NCBI GenBank assembly: GCA_000934665.2
Contig: KZ538987.1
Location: 1 to 37,524, forward strand
Source: Catajapyx aquilonaris
Taxonomy: Eukaryota
Direction: 5' to 3'
DNA length: 37,524 nucleotides
Shown: positions 23,301 to 34,066 of the stretch, in pieces
How positions within the stretch are numbered: position 1 is the first letter of the stretch
How the letters are laid out: every line of letters starts with the position of its first letter
Program-made: the position numbers and the translations under genes
Notes under the pieces: model-generated
Database searches by the model: none
Told to the model about the DNA's origin: nothing
The model's input: only the letters and a program-made list of their open reading frames with translations

Positions 23301-26300
23301 TAAAAATGAGCTATTCAGAGGTATTAAATGAACAGAGGGGTGTGGTGGAAAAACGTGATAACCCACATTTTTGACCTAAACACTTAGCAACTGTGTAAAA
23401 GGCATGACAAACATTTTGGTATACCGGTACTCAAAGTGCACAACCCACAATATTTTTATACCCTTCACATTCTTCCATTTAATACAGGATGTAACAAAGG
23501 TTTCTGGCACAGTCAATATTATACAAGGGAAATTCTCAGTTTTTAAAAGTTTTCCTCATCTTTTATGTTGATATTGTACTCCCATAATCTCCAGAATATG
23601 CTGTCCCCTGTATGACTCATTTTCCCGTCCATATCCTCACTGACTGCTTATGTGCTCACACGAATGAGAGGTGTGCAATGCAAGTGTTGTCTGTCAATAA
23701 GATCCCTTGCAAGTGCTTTGTTATCAATACATATATACTTCATGTCAGCACAGGAGTGACAAAAAATCGGAGAAAAAAAATACCTAGGAAAGAAACGCAC
23801 CCGTGCGGTATCTGTTGAGACTCTTTAAGAATTTAAATCTCTGCATGGTATAGCAAGAGGGTCCCATAAATGGCCTCAGGATCAAGCCTAGACACTACAC
23901 GATGTTACTCACTAGATTAGTCATGTGTGGCCCCTCAAATGACAACGCAAGCGATTTTTTTGCAGATTCTTGCAAAAACGCGAAAAAAACGCTCGTATAA
24001 TTAGGGTTAAATAAGATTAAATCAAAAGAATAAAACTTACAATAAATTTTTAGTTTGACATTTGGAAAAAGTCTGTGGGCCCAATAATATAAAACCCCAA
24101 AGGAGGCATTCACTGCCTAGTTCTTGGCATGAGTAGGTTAACGCGCCACCACAGATGGCCGGAGGATTGGTGGTGGCTGGGGGCAGTGGCTGTGTCGCAA
24201 AAATGGAGCAGGCAGGATGAAGGATAGGCATGTATCCGCTGAAGATAGGTCTGTATCCGCAAGGAAGGAAGGTTAGTTTATGTTCGGTTGGTACAGCATA
24301 CCCCTTCCCCTTCCACATTCGGTCTGTCATTATAGAATCCAAAAAATAATACTTGTATCCTTGCTTTGCGACACAGCCACTGCCCCCGTCCACTATTCGC
24401 CCTCCCAACTTTTGTGGTGTCTCTCTTCCCTACTCCTTCTGTTCTTGACCTACAGACACTCATTTAATTACTGAGCTTCTGGAGACAAGCGTAGGGAAAA
24501 TCCTACAAGTGACCAAAAACTATGCTGTATCTATTCAAGGAGTTTCCAAAAAACTATTCTTATGAACAGAAGATATGTCAAATATTTACCACAAAAAATC
24601 ACAACATTACAGTGTTGTTTTTATGCAATGGTGTCCTAGCCTACATTTTTCAAACATCTGTAAAAAAAATCATCCATATTTTTTAATGAATTTTGTTTTT
24701 GTTTTTTTGTTTGAAGAAATCTGCATTACTTTTCGAGATATGATCAATCTAGGTTCATATTAATTATATGGTTATCGTACTGCATCTGACCGTCACACTG
24801 GCCAAACAGACTGGTGCAGAGGCAGGAACACACCCTGGCTGCTTTGTTCCTTTGTGTTTGCTTTGTTGGCGACCCTATCAACCGAATCAAATATAAATAA
24901 GCCAAATCGAACGGATTGCCAGTAAAGCAGGTGCACCTGTCTGCTGATGTCACACTGGTCAGGCAGGAGTCGGAATGTGCTTTTTTAGGCCATGCCCCCT
25001 TTTCCCCACCAATTTAAGAGTGACTTTTAAACCCATGATAATTTATCGATGATTGACATTTTGGTGCTGAAAAATGATGGAATGCTTGTTTACATGTATG
25101 GCTGAGCTATTCATATACAAATTTCCCAAATCCCAGACCAAGCCTAGGACCCATTATCCAATGGCATAGACTGGATCACATGCTAGGGCAGCAGTTCTTA
25201 ACCTGGGGTGCGTGGTGGCTCCCCTGGAGGTGTGAGCAAGGTGCACCTCTAACTATGAACTTGACCCTAATAAGACTGGCGGTTTTTTCGCGTTTTTGCA
25301 AGAATCTACAAAAATATTGCTTGCATTGTCATTTGAGGGACCACACGTAACTATCTAGTAACATCGTGTAGTGTCTAGGCTTGATCCTGAGACCACTTAT
25401 GGGATCCTCTTGGCATACCATGCGGAGATTTAAATTCTTGAATCTCTCAACAGATGCCGAAGTGCCTACATATTTTTTTTCTTCAATTTTTTGTCACTCC
25501 TGAGCTGACAAGAAGTGTATGGATGTGTCGTGCTGGCGCTACTGAACAGACCAGTATGCATGAATAATATGTCACAGGACAGGCATGCCAACGAGAGAGA
25601 CAAACATACAACCCCCAACCGAATGTAAACATCCCTTGCTCCACAGCTGTTCAAAAGCCCCACGGGGCGTGCGCCCCTCCATCCTGACGGAGGTCGGGCG
25701 TGAGTTGCGCAGAGGACCGCCAGCCACTAATTGGCATTTAAGAACATTATTTATTTATTTTAAAACTATTGAATTATCTTTTGCACTAATTTTAGGGTGG
25801 AATCTCTCGAAGAGGTTTGGGGGCAACTCTGTATGCCATAATTTGCCGGCCAACATGATAATTTTTGGGAGGCCGGAGTTGTTTTTTTCATCGACCACAA
25901 AAAGATGTCATTCAAGTTGATCTGGTTTATCTGGTTTATTTATGCAAGATCTTGTAGTCCAAAATGCGCGATTTTTTACGCGAGAGAAAATTGAAAAAGC
26001 CACACAGAAACCACGTTACATAGTGGGAAAACACTATAGTTTCACCAGAATATTTTAAAGCCAGAGTATCAGCATATGATACTTCCATCTTATTAGGGTT
26101 AATCAATCACTCCTGGTATAGAGGGTGTGACAAGGACCAACTGTCTTCAAAGGGGTGCGGAGGCCCGAAAAGGTTAAGAACCACTGTGCTAGGGGAAGGA
26201 TGTGGCAATATTTGAGTCATTCACACAATCGAGAACCCAAATGATGATTCCAGACGGTAAATCATTATTGTAGGGACCGTTCACACGAGCCACATACTTC

Positions 26301-26333
26301 TCGGGAACACCCCAATCGCGCTTTTCGGGGGGN

Positions 26334-26377
<44 letters not shown>

Positions 26378-29300
26378 GAATCATGGTTCGTGTGGCACGT
26401 GTGAATGGCGTTATTGCTACAGGAAGTGCCGACCAAATCAAAGGAACTCCTATCGACCTATCATATTGATCGTGCATGCAAGCCAATACAATTGTACCTA
26501 GTTGTAATTTATCATTCTATTATTGCATGCTGCTGCTGGCTCATAATATTCAACACTCGACACAGAAATTTTGAGTCATGCTAAAACCAGTCATTCATTG
26601 CCATGAGTGCTATTCACAAAAACTAGTTACATTCACAATATTATGTCCCAGGTGGTAAATCATCTGCAGTCAAGTAGTGATTTGTTGCATGTATGACCAG
26701 AGCCTAGTATTGGGAAATGACGCCCAAGAGTGCTTCATGCCATACTTACTTGGTCCCTTTTTTGAAGAGTGAGTCTTCCGATCCACTACTGTTGGCAACT
26801 CGATGCTTTCTGGATCACGTCCTTCTTCTTGCAAGGCCTGCAACATTTAGTCAGTATAAAAACACATGCCCGACTTCTTCACATCAGCTACACACAGTAA
26901 AGCCAACTTTCAGTGCTAAATGTGCACGTACACTGACCAATTAACACAAAACAATCCACATGCTTTCTACAGGGTTGGGCAAAACATATGACATGATTTG
27001 AATCACATGGTACGATGGTGCTATTTGAGCATGCAGGGGATATTGTGTGTGCTGGAGTGGGCAAGGTTTGCCATTTGCAAAAATGGTGTTGTGGTCGCCA
27101 GAGCACTGCCTTCTTTGTGGAGACTTATTTTAAAATTAACGAGTTCCCTATAGCTCTACGAAAGATATATCTTCGCCATTTTGAGCTGGGTTATCAGGAC
27201 GAAGTTATCGACCATCAGACAAACATAAGGTGGGTGAAGCAATTCCTGGACACATCATGCCTGAACCAGAATAGCACTGTCCAAGGACACAACTGACCCC
27301 CCAAGGGGTATTCAACGCGCTACTCAGAATTCCTGGGATATTGTCCGTTCCAAGTGTCCAAAAAGGTTCTTCGGGCCCCTTTGTCCCTTGCTTTCAATTG
27401 TTGCACAGCTTCATCTTGTAAGGATGAAAGTGCAGGACATCATGATGCGGCACAGGGAGAGTGCTGACATTCATAGTGCCAAGGCATGCCTAACTGCTAA
27501 TCGCTAAGGACTTTGGAGGAGCGCATTGTGTACATCTTGGGAGAGTCAGCTATGTCCGTGGATGTCCAGTGCTTTTTTGGTTTCTGATGCTGTGTCCCGG
27601 AACTGCTTCACCCTCTTTATGATTGCCCGGTGGTCGGAAACTTGGTTCTGACGTCCCAGCCCAAAATGGTGAAGAAAGATCCTTTGCACATGGTGGAGTC
27701 ATTATTTTAAAAATAAATCTCCATGATGACTGCACGGTGCTTTGCAGACCAAGACACCATTTTTGCAAATGGCAAACCTTCCTTACTCCAGCACATGCTT
27801 GGGTCCTTATAAAAGACCTCCAGGTAAAACCTCAGACAGACCCTCAATACAAAGGGTCAGACCAGCCCCCCACAACTAGCTCTCTTTTCCCCCGCACTTA
27901 ACTGGTCTGCTAACCCCGGATGTAGAGCCCTGTATCAAATCGCATTCTGGCAGACGTAGTTGAACCGCTCTGAACCTACCTACACCGGCTAATCCCATCA
28001 GCCCCCATTTGCAGGTCCACCGCACCAGCCGAATGCAGAGGTATGAGGGTTTTGTTATTATCGGTTATTATGTATAGATATGATAATTTTTTGGATTGGG
28101 AGTTATTAAGTATTGTAGACGTGTTGTTATGTCATTATTATTTGATTGGTTAAATAGCATTCGTGTGGCTGATGGGTTTGGACAGTGTAGGTAGGTTCAG
28201 TAGTCGTCTGCCAGAATGTGATTTGATACAGGGCTTTATATCCAGGTTTTCGGATTCAACATCCGGGGATAGTGGACCAGCTAAGCACACGGCCTTCCAT
28301 GTATGGCTAGATAGGAAGTTGCAGGGGGCTGGGTCAGACAGCTAAGGGGAATTACTTTATAATTCCCAGGAAAATGTCAGACTGCTATAGTCTCCGGCGT
28401 GTTAACTTGGCAGTCCACCCACCCAACACTCCCAGCCAATGGCATGCCTGGATTAGGATGGGGGGAATGGAGGAGTGGAGGTGAAGTGGGGATGAGTGAC
28501 ATTCAGACAGGAACACCCGCCGGATCAGTCGCCGGATGCTCTGCCGGAAGCTAGGCTGCATGCTTGAAGTACATGTGTACATATTGTCATTAAAGGTTTG
28601 CTTTAAGATGTGTGTTGCAACAATTCACGTTATCAATATTTCCAAGTTTAATTGTCATCACAGTAGGGCTTAAGAGGTCTGCGTGGCGGCGGGATGTGAC
28701 ATAGAAGGCAGCGGGAGGTAGGGGGTAGAGGAGGTCGGGAGCGGCGGGGGGCAAGAGGGGGCGTTGCCGGAAACCCCCACCCTGACACGTTAGGGGGCAA
28801 TCTACTATACAGGGTGGACCAACTTCAAGTCTCATTTTATAACGGCTATTAATAGAAGCGCTTTACGATTGACGTAGCAGAGACGTGTAAAATGGCCCAC
28901 TTCAGCGCCATCGAAAATATTAGCTGTGTTTCGTTTGCAGGCTTCCCCCTTGCATTACAGGTCCATGGTCCATCTGGTGCCTTGGACGTCACCCATTTCA
29001 CTCAGGCGCATCACAGGTCATGTGTGCACCTCTTTTTTTCCAGGTCAACCCAGCAGCAGGGTTGATTACATGTGTGCTGCTATTGGCAGCTAATATTTTC
29101 GATGGCGCCGAAGTGGGACATTTTACACGTCGCTGCTACGTCATCGCAAAATCACTGCTCTTAATCGCCGTTATAAAACGACACTTGAAGTTGGTTCACC
29201 CTGTATACCTGAGCTGTTTTTTCACCATGAAAATGGTCCTGGCTTAAGCCGCATTTACCGTATTTACATGCATATAAAAGGCACACACGCATAAGACGCG

Positions 29301-30413
29301 CCCCGGTTTTTAGGTGAAAAATCGTGGAAAATCGATTGTTGACTTATACAAGACGCACCCAGACGCTGGGTCAAGTCTGCCTGGGTCAACCTCAACCCGG
29401 AAATCATCACTCGGTCATTCAAGAAGTGCTGCCTCAGTAATGAGCTGGATGGCACCGAGGACGACTTGCTGTGGCGCGACGACGACAGATGAGGAAGAGG
29501 CGGACGACCCCGAGGCCGTGCAGGACGACAATGACTGATTCGAATGTGCGATGTTTTTAAATTTTTCAATAAACGATTTTCACGATTTCTCACGGGTTTC
29601 ACCCGTTGTGCATTCCCGTATAAGACGCACACGCGTATAAGACGTACACGCGTATAAGACGCACACGCGTATAAGACGCACACGCGTATAAGACGCACCC
29701 TACTTTTTGAGCTACAAAAATCGGAAAAAAGGTGCGTCTTATCTGCGCGTAAATCCGGTACATGCGAGCGATTTGATCGCCGATGTTGCAGTAATGTACT
29801 GTACATCACTGGGCAAAAGTAACAATGGCGGTAACAATAGATTTTCAGCTCAAACCATTTGTCTCATCGCTGCAACGTCGCTGATAAATCCCTCACATGT
29901 AAACACGGATTTACTCCTTATATTGTGTAATGTCCCATCCTAGTACAACACATTGTCTACATTCCTTTATCAGTTCATGTGTACATTTACAACTTCCGCT
30001 ACTACTGCTTGACCAACAAGTAGCTCCAACATTAAGACCTCAGTTGCCTTGGGCCTGTCTATTTCTGCCTTGCATGGACACAGTCATATGAGATCAAGCT
30101 TTATAAAATTCGTAGCATAGATGATCACAATGACAGGCCTATCCTTTAGGCTGAAACAGGCAGGCCCAATATGATGATGCGCAGTTACGCGAGGTAACAC
30201 GCTTGTTGATAGTGCTTGCTGCACCTCTACCATGAGGATCAAAAAGTAACGCCTACATAAGTCAATTGCTTAAAATTTCACCTTTTGTAGTCTTTCGACG
30301 AGCACTGCCTTCACCCCTTGTTTGTCAAGCCCTCTTTCCTCTAGCTGGGCTCGTAGGTCCACCACACGAAGCTCGGTAATGCGCTTCTTCATGGCTTCAC
30401 CAACATCCGCCAT
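10208..30413 (-). CDS. SAFB: SAFB/SLTM-like scaffold attachment factor B gene, 18 coding exons, ~1052 aa (span including introns)
   Basis: The hand-spliced exons give a continuous 3159-nt ORF. It contains an N-terminal SAP domain ([28 protein letters not shown]), the [13 protein letters not shown] motif, an RRM ([18 protein letters not shown]...RCYGYVTM...[10 protein letters not shown]), an ER-rich coiled coil and the C-terminal DRFDAYK...RRY*. Confidence 0.95.
10471..11170 (+). mobile_element. Tc1/mariner (rosa/DD41D-like) fold-back derivative in the last SAFB intron
   Basis: TA-CAGGGTG terminus, ~200-bp inverted arms, internal transposase remnant [21 protein letters not shown]...[14 protein letters not shown]. 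Confidence 0.85.
11199..11816. mobile_element. Sola-like non-autonomous DNA transposon
   Basis: ~30-bp TIR of consensus GAGGGGTGTGGTGGAAAAACATGATAACC, 4-bp TSD AACT; partial second copy at 23335-23601. Family assignment rests on the TSD and termini only. Confidence 0.65.
12084..12315 (-). CDS. SAFB: SAFB coding exon 17 (G/S/R-rich)
   Basis: [15 protein letters not shown]...[12 protein letters not shown]...SSSD; ttctag / GTAAGT. Confidence 0.9.
12391..12563 (-). CDS. SAFB: SAFB coding exon 16
   Basis: [14 protein letters not shown]...[10 protein letters not shown]; ttccag / GTTAGT (an in-frame alternative donor would end the exon at 12394). Confidence 0.87.
13672..13872 (-). CDS. SAFB: SAFB coding exon 15
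   Basis: [18 protein letters not shown]...ERGRDD; ctcctag / GTAAGG. Confidence 0.88.
13939..14073 (-). CDS. SAFB: SAFB coding exon 14
   Basis: [44 protein letters not shown]; tttcag / GTATGG. Confidence 0.88.
14224..14370 (-). CDS. SAFB: SAFB coding exon 13 (ER coiled coil)
   Basis: [48 protein letters not shown]; phase 2 to 2. Confidence 0.93.
14430..14563 (-). CDS. SAFB: SAFB coding exon 12 (ER coiled coil)
   Basis: [44 protein letters not shown]; cag / GTAGGT. Confidence 0.93.
14618..14931 (-). CDS. SAFB: SAFB coding exon 11
   Basis: cattccag|EEKTVEK...[14 protein letters not shown]; phase 1 to 0. Confidence 0.9.
16006..16159 (-). CDS. SAFB: SAFB coding exon 10 (K/E-rich)
   Basis: ttgtag|[14 protein letters not shown]...NKESK+G|GTATGT. 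Confidence 0.92.
16228..16377 (-). CDS. SAFB: SAFB coding exon 9 (RRM core)
   Basis: [56 protein letters not shown]. Confidence 0.97.
16449..16573 (-). CDS. SAFB: SAFB coding exon 8 (RRM start)
   Basis: [47 protein letters not shown]. Confidence 0.95.
16647..16687 (-). CDS. SAFB: SAFB coding exon 7 (41 nt, GC donor)
   Basis: ttttcattttcag|[21 protein letters not shown]; phase 2 to 1. Confidence 0.75.
17300..17350. repeat. (TTA)n/(CTA)n microsatellite
   Basis: Visible trinucleotide run. Confidence 0.95.
19791..20151 (-). CDS. SAFB: SAFB coding exon 6 (acidic linker)
   Basis: ctctttcag acceptor; VDTQTPNS...[10 protein letters not shown]...GEVQEK; donor AG|GTTGGT, phase 1 to 2. Confidence 0.78.
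21150..21183 (-). CDS. SAFB: SAFB coding exon 5 (34-nt small exon)
   Basis: atttcag|[11 protein letters not shown]+G|GTATGT; supplies the phase 0 to 1 change needed for exon 6. Confidence 0.75.
22124..22213 (-). CDS. SAFB: SAFB coding exon 4
   Basis: [30 protein letters not shown]; ttgcag / GTGAGA; phase 0 to 0. Confidence 0.9.
22669..23105 (-). CDS. SAFB: SAFB coding exon 3 (Ser/Glu-rich linker with 7-aa repeats)
   Basis: tctttccag acceptor, open frame [14 protein letters not shown]...ANTKDK, donor AAG|GTATGT; phase 1 to 0 fits both neighbours. Confidence 0.8.
22920..23090 (-). repeat. Coding 21-bp tandem repeat (PSSSSQE/D) within exon 3
   Basis: Unit tcctgactggaggacgatggc, about 5 well-conserved copies plus degenerate ones. 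Confidence 0.9.
23335..23601. mobile_element. Truncated copy of the Sola-like element at 11199
   Basis: Same TIR and internal blocks (ttttgacctaaacac, tattatacaagggaaattctcagtttt). Confidence 0.75.
23740..24006. mobile_element. Partial inverted copy of the piggyBac-like element at 25265
   Basis: Reverse complement of ~25265-25515; ends in ATTAGGG-TTAA. Confidence 0.75.
24179..24387. repeat. Inverted-repeat element (probable MITE)
   Basis: GGGGGCAGTGGCTGTGTCGCAAA ... TTTGCGACACAGCCACTGCCCCC. Confidence 0.6.
25189..26186. mobile_element. hAT (Charlie-like) MITE carrying a nested insertion
   Basis: 8-bp TSD TGCTAGGG, TIR CAG(T/C)(G/A)GTTCTTAACC. Confidence 0.85.
25265..26098. mobile_element. 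piggyBac-like non-autonomous element nested in the hAT MITE
   Basis: TIR CCCTAATAAGA, flanked by TTGA and TTAA. Confidence 0.75.
26333..26372. repeat. (GA)n microsatellite
   Basis: Visible dinucleotide run. Confidence 0.95.
26750..26837 (-). CDS. SAFB: SAFB coding exon 2
   Basis: ttgcag|[35 protein letters not shown]; completes the SAP domain; phase 0 to 1. Confidence 0.92.
27047..27797. mobile_element. Two inverted 5' fragments of a Tc1/mariner (DD41D-like) transposase
   Basis: Plus arm [12 protein letters not shown]...RHFELG...IRWVKQF; the minus arm is homologous and continues to ...LLQSP...RHALAL...LHFHPYKM. Confidence 0.75.
27855..28340. repeat. Unclassified ~150-180-bp inverted repeat pair
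   Basis: gccctgtatcaaatcgcattctggcagacg...tgaacctacctacac is mirrored at 28163-28340. Confidence 0.75.
28810..29203. mobile_element. Tc1/mariner MITE
   Basis: TA TSD, CAGGGTG termini, ~115-bp imperfect TIRs. Confidence 0.88.
29258..29758 (+). mobile_element. pogo/Tc2-like deletion derivative
   Basis: TA TSD, CCG(T/G)ATTTAC termini, transposase C-terminus [36 protein letters not shown] at 29367-29474, 17-bp tandem array at 29617-29698. Confidence 0.88.
30282..30413 (-). CDS. SAFB: SAFB coding exon 1 (start codon, SAP domain)
   Basis: [44 protein letters not shown]; donor AAG|GTGAAA, phase 0. Confidence 0.95.
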
Positions 30414-32189
30414 TTTCACGCGGACACCTCACCCCTCCTGAAGAGATATGTTTACTACACCGTGTCATGTCTGAATATTTGAAAATATATCCCAAACTAG
30501 TTGTGTTTTTTGTTACCACATATTTTTAAGAGCCAAAATACTAATTACAATATTTTAATGTAACTAAATATATAATTGTATTGTACTGTACACACGCGTT
30601 TTACGACGACCGGCTCAATATGGGCACTTTTAAACTCCTCCAGTGAATATCATGCATCAGTGCTGTTCTAATGGGGAGGCCTTTTGTGAAAGCTCATGGC
30701 TTGTCTCACTTAACATTTTTTTAAATGACCGCAGCATGGCGTTGCATCAAGGGGCAAGCTCTATAAAATACCCCGTTGAACCTCGTTAAAGAGATTTGCA
30801 TCAGTTATGAGTTGTTAAGTCATATTAAAGTTGTAATAAAATATTTTCTTTAAATTTTGCTTTTATATTCGACTAGGCGCTGGTGCTTGTAACTACAGAT
30901 AGCCTTTCTTCTTGTAATGCAGCGCCATGAGGCGTAACCGGGCGTAACTTTACCCTGAGATAAACCAAACCTGAGGTGATATTTTCCGTGCCTTTTATAT
31001 ACACATTGGTGGACCCTGCTTAGCATGCCAAGCATGCTAAGCAGGTTCTTGCTAAAATGTGTGTTAAAAATAGTTTAAGTTTAGTCTTTGAAATATTAGA
31101 ATGGGAAAATGGGGTGTCATGCGTGTCATGACTTTTTTATTGCGACGTTACATTCCGGCGTTTTCCGGCATGGCGGCAAGCCATGGTGCAGCAGGCACTG
31201 CACGTGATAGGAGCCATTTTTAGTCAACTTGTCTCAGACCGCTTCAGACCAGCTTCAGACAGATAAATAATATTGTGGAGAGGGAAAAGGTTGTATTTCT
31301 GACACATCATAATTATATTATAACAGAATAAACCTTACACTTTGGAGTACATGGAAACATCACAATAAGAGAAAATGCCTTTCATATGGATCAAACATGG
31401 CGGTGATAGAATATCAATGATCCATTCGGGATATATGCGTGTGGTGCTGCCACCAACTGCCTGCCCGCCACCATGCTGAAACCTTGTTCAATATTAATTA
31501 TTCATCAAAAAGCTGACATTATTATCGTGTAGGACGACACCAGGTAGAAGAATCAAAAATTGGGAATTGGATTCAGGCATGCGAAAGTAAGTGTTGTGTG
31601 ACACTGGGGGTGTGTTTTTGGTCCCTCTCCAGGAAGCTGGGGAAGGGGCGCTGAGGAGAGGTGGCCATGTCAGTTGGATTATTGTTGCATGAGATTGGCA
31701 TATTTACATCACATGTCATGATGACAATGTGAGCAGGCCCGAACTTTCCAGAAAATTTATGGAAGGAGGTTCATTGCAATAGGACTAATGTGAGATTTAC
31801 GCATGCTTACAAGCTGCGGGCAATCACGTATTGTACATTTCTGGGGTTGGCTGTAATACTAAGGGGCATTTCATTTCCAGTGGATATCTTTTGTGTATAG
31901 CCTGAGGAAGCACAGCTGAGAAATTATGAAGGTTAGTGTTAAGGATGTGCTGATGTTTTCATAGCAGTGGCTTTGCGTAAATGGGCCTTTGCGATTAGCG
32001 ACTGCTACATGTCAAGTGGTAGCTGCTGCATGCATCTTAAATCTAGACCAAAATAATAATAATAATTATTATTATTCATACCCCGTTATCAGCCAGCAGC
32101 TCTTTAGGGGGGGAGTTCATCCCAATTTTGTTTTGACTGGAACTCTGATTTCATTTTTACTTTGCTTTTTGGGATAGGATCAGGGAGAT

Positions 32190-32490
32190 CCAAAATGAAA
32201 TTGTATGGTTTGGTACGATTCTTCGACAGTTCTGTATCACCACAGTGTTTCGTGATCCGAAATGCAACCGGCACGAAACGTATAGGTACGAAATGAAATG
32301 GATCACGGCACGATAAGGCACTGAAAGGTACGAAACCAAATGGATCGCGGTTCTTTAAGGCACGAAACTCAAAAGATCGCGGAACAGAAAGGTCCTTAAA
32401 GGCACCAATTCACAGACATGAAATATTAGGTTTAGTTCCGTACCGACACGCAATGAAATGTAATCCTGAGTTTCATTTTCATACCAGGAC
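32190..32490. repeat. Dispersed repeat, inverted relative to 34335-34600
   Basis: Shared blocks ggtacgaaatgaaatggatc(a/g)cggcac and tttcgtgatccgaaa; probable DNA-transposon remnant. Confidence 0.65.
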
Positions 32491-32869
32491 GACACTAGGC
32501 TATCTGGCACTTTCATATTATTCCCTTTCACGATCCGAAAGTAATAATATTTATTTATTGGCATATATTCGACGTTGTAGCAAAAGTGGACATTCCGATT
32601 GTAAGTTACTTCAGCACGTGCAATCGCAAGCAAGACATTCCGGCCACTACTGAAACATATACTGCACAGTGTTGCCGCTGCTCATAATGACGTCACGGAT
32701 CTATTAAGCCAAGGGGGACTGAGGTGACTGGAGAGCACAGAGCAGTGCTGTGCATATATGTATCATACCCTCGCATCGCCTCCATCGCCCCTGTCCCACA
32801 CCTTTTTGACGTGAATACGTCTTTAAAATCGGGTCCATATAGAGGGCGGGGGGGGGGGGNCATTACATC

Positions 32870-33168
32870 AGTCTACTATAACCGAGTCTACTATATCCGG
32901 AGTGGCTAAATTCGGATCCGCATAGGGGGGTAATGGAGGCAAACTCGAGCGTTACAGAAAAGCATTAGTCTACTATATCCGAGTCTACTATATCCGGAGT
33001 GGCTAAATTTAGATCCGCATAGGGGGCATGGAGGCAAACTCGAGCATTACAGAAACGCGTTACAGTCTACTATAACCGAGTCTACTATATCCGGAGTGGC
33101 TAAATTTGGATCCGCATAGGGGGCATGGAGGCAAACTCGAACGTTACAGAAACGCGTTACAGTCTACT
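32870..33168. repeat. 97-bp tandem repeat, three copies
   Basis: Units start at 32870, 32967 and 33064 (agtctactata.ccgagtctactatatccggagtggctaaatt...). Confidence 0.92.
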
Positions 33169-33497
33169 GCATGCAGGGGGGCATGCAGGGGGGCATGCAG
33201 GGAAATTCTTAGGAGGGTCACCATGCGTGTCCAGACTTTAGGGTCACATGCATGTGTCCACACTTCAATACTGATAATAAGCAATCAATTCACTCCCCCC
33301 AATACTGATCCGATTTTAAAGACGTATTCACGTCAAAAGCTGCGGCTTGTGTTCCCGACACAACCTAATGTTATTTTTTGCTAGGTAGAGTTTGCGCCCC
33401 TACAGTAAATATGACTGCTACTGTTAGCGTATTAGTTCTGCTGTGCTTTTAATATATTTCGGGGCTACTGAATCATGACCGTATATTTCTAAGCTCC

Positions 33498-34066
33498 GGG
33501 GGAGGCACGGGGGCCGAGATGGTAACGTCTCGGCTTGCTATGCGAAAGGTCCCGGGTTCTAATCCCCACAGGGAACAAACCTTTCACTTGCGTCAATGGG
33601 TCGTGACCCCAGTGGCGGATCTATGGGGGGGGGGGGGGGGGNNNNNNNNNNNNNNNNNNNNNNNNNNNNNNNNNNNNNNNNNNNNNNNNNNNNNNNNNNN
33701 NNNNNNNNNNNNNNNNNNNNNNNNNNNNNNNNNNNNNNNNNNAAAACACCCCCCCCCCCCCCCCCAACAATGACGTCTAGATCCGCCACTGCGTGACCCG
33801 CGCCTAAGGAGGCGTCTTGGCAACCTGACCTCCTGGGGGACTGCACCTGGCCCACCGCCGGAAAATGCACCTGCACATGTGTCCCCTCCCCAAACCCCCC
33901 AACCCTTACCCCATTTCCTAGTATTCCTTGCACTGGAGTTCGAAGATAAACCATTAAGAAAACTGTATGGTGGTCTGCCACCCCCCTATAGCGGCCTAGG
34001 GTTGCATCACGGGGTTAATAATAATAATAATTATTATTATTATTATTGTTATTTAAAAAAAATAAA
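33498..34066 (+). mobile_element. tRNA-derived SINE interrupted by a hAT MITE
   Basis: A/B-box head (GGCCGAGATGG, GGTTCTAATCC), (AAT)n tail, 10-bp TSD TCTAAGCTCC. Confidence 0.8.
33610..33791. mobile_element. hAT MITE with G/C runs (spans an assembly gap)
   Basis: 14-bp TIR CAGTGGCGGATCTA, 8-bp TSD CGTGACCC; a related right end lies at ~25-58. Confidence 0.88.

Noticed and set aside
24390..24449. Purine-rich exon-like stretch after a tgtag acceptor in intron 2
   Set aside because: Stop codon in the phase required by exon 2 and no convincing donor.
29264..29809. 181-aa minus-strand ORF
   Set aside because: Antisense read-through of the pogo derivative and its 17-bp array.
32870..33168. CRISPR-like periodicity (also 22920-23090 and 29617-29698)
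   Set aside because: Whole units repeat with no unique spacers; eukaryotic context and no cas genes.
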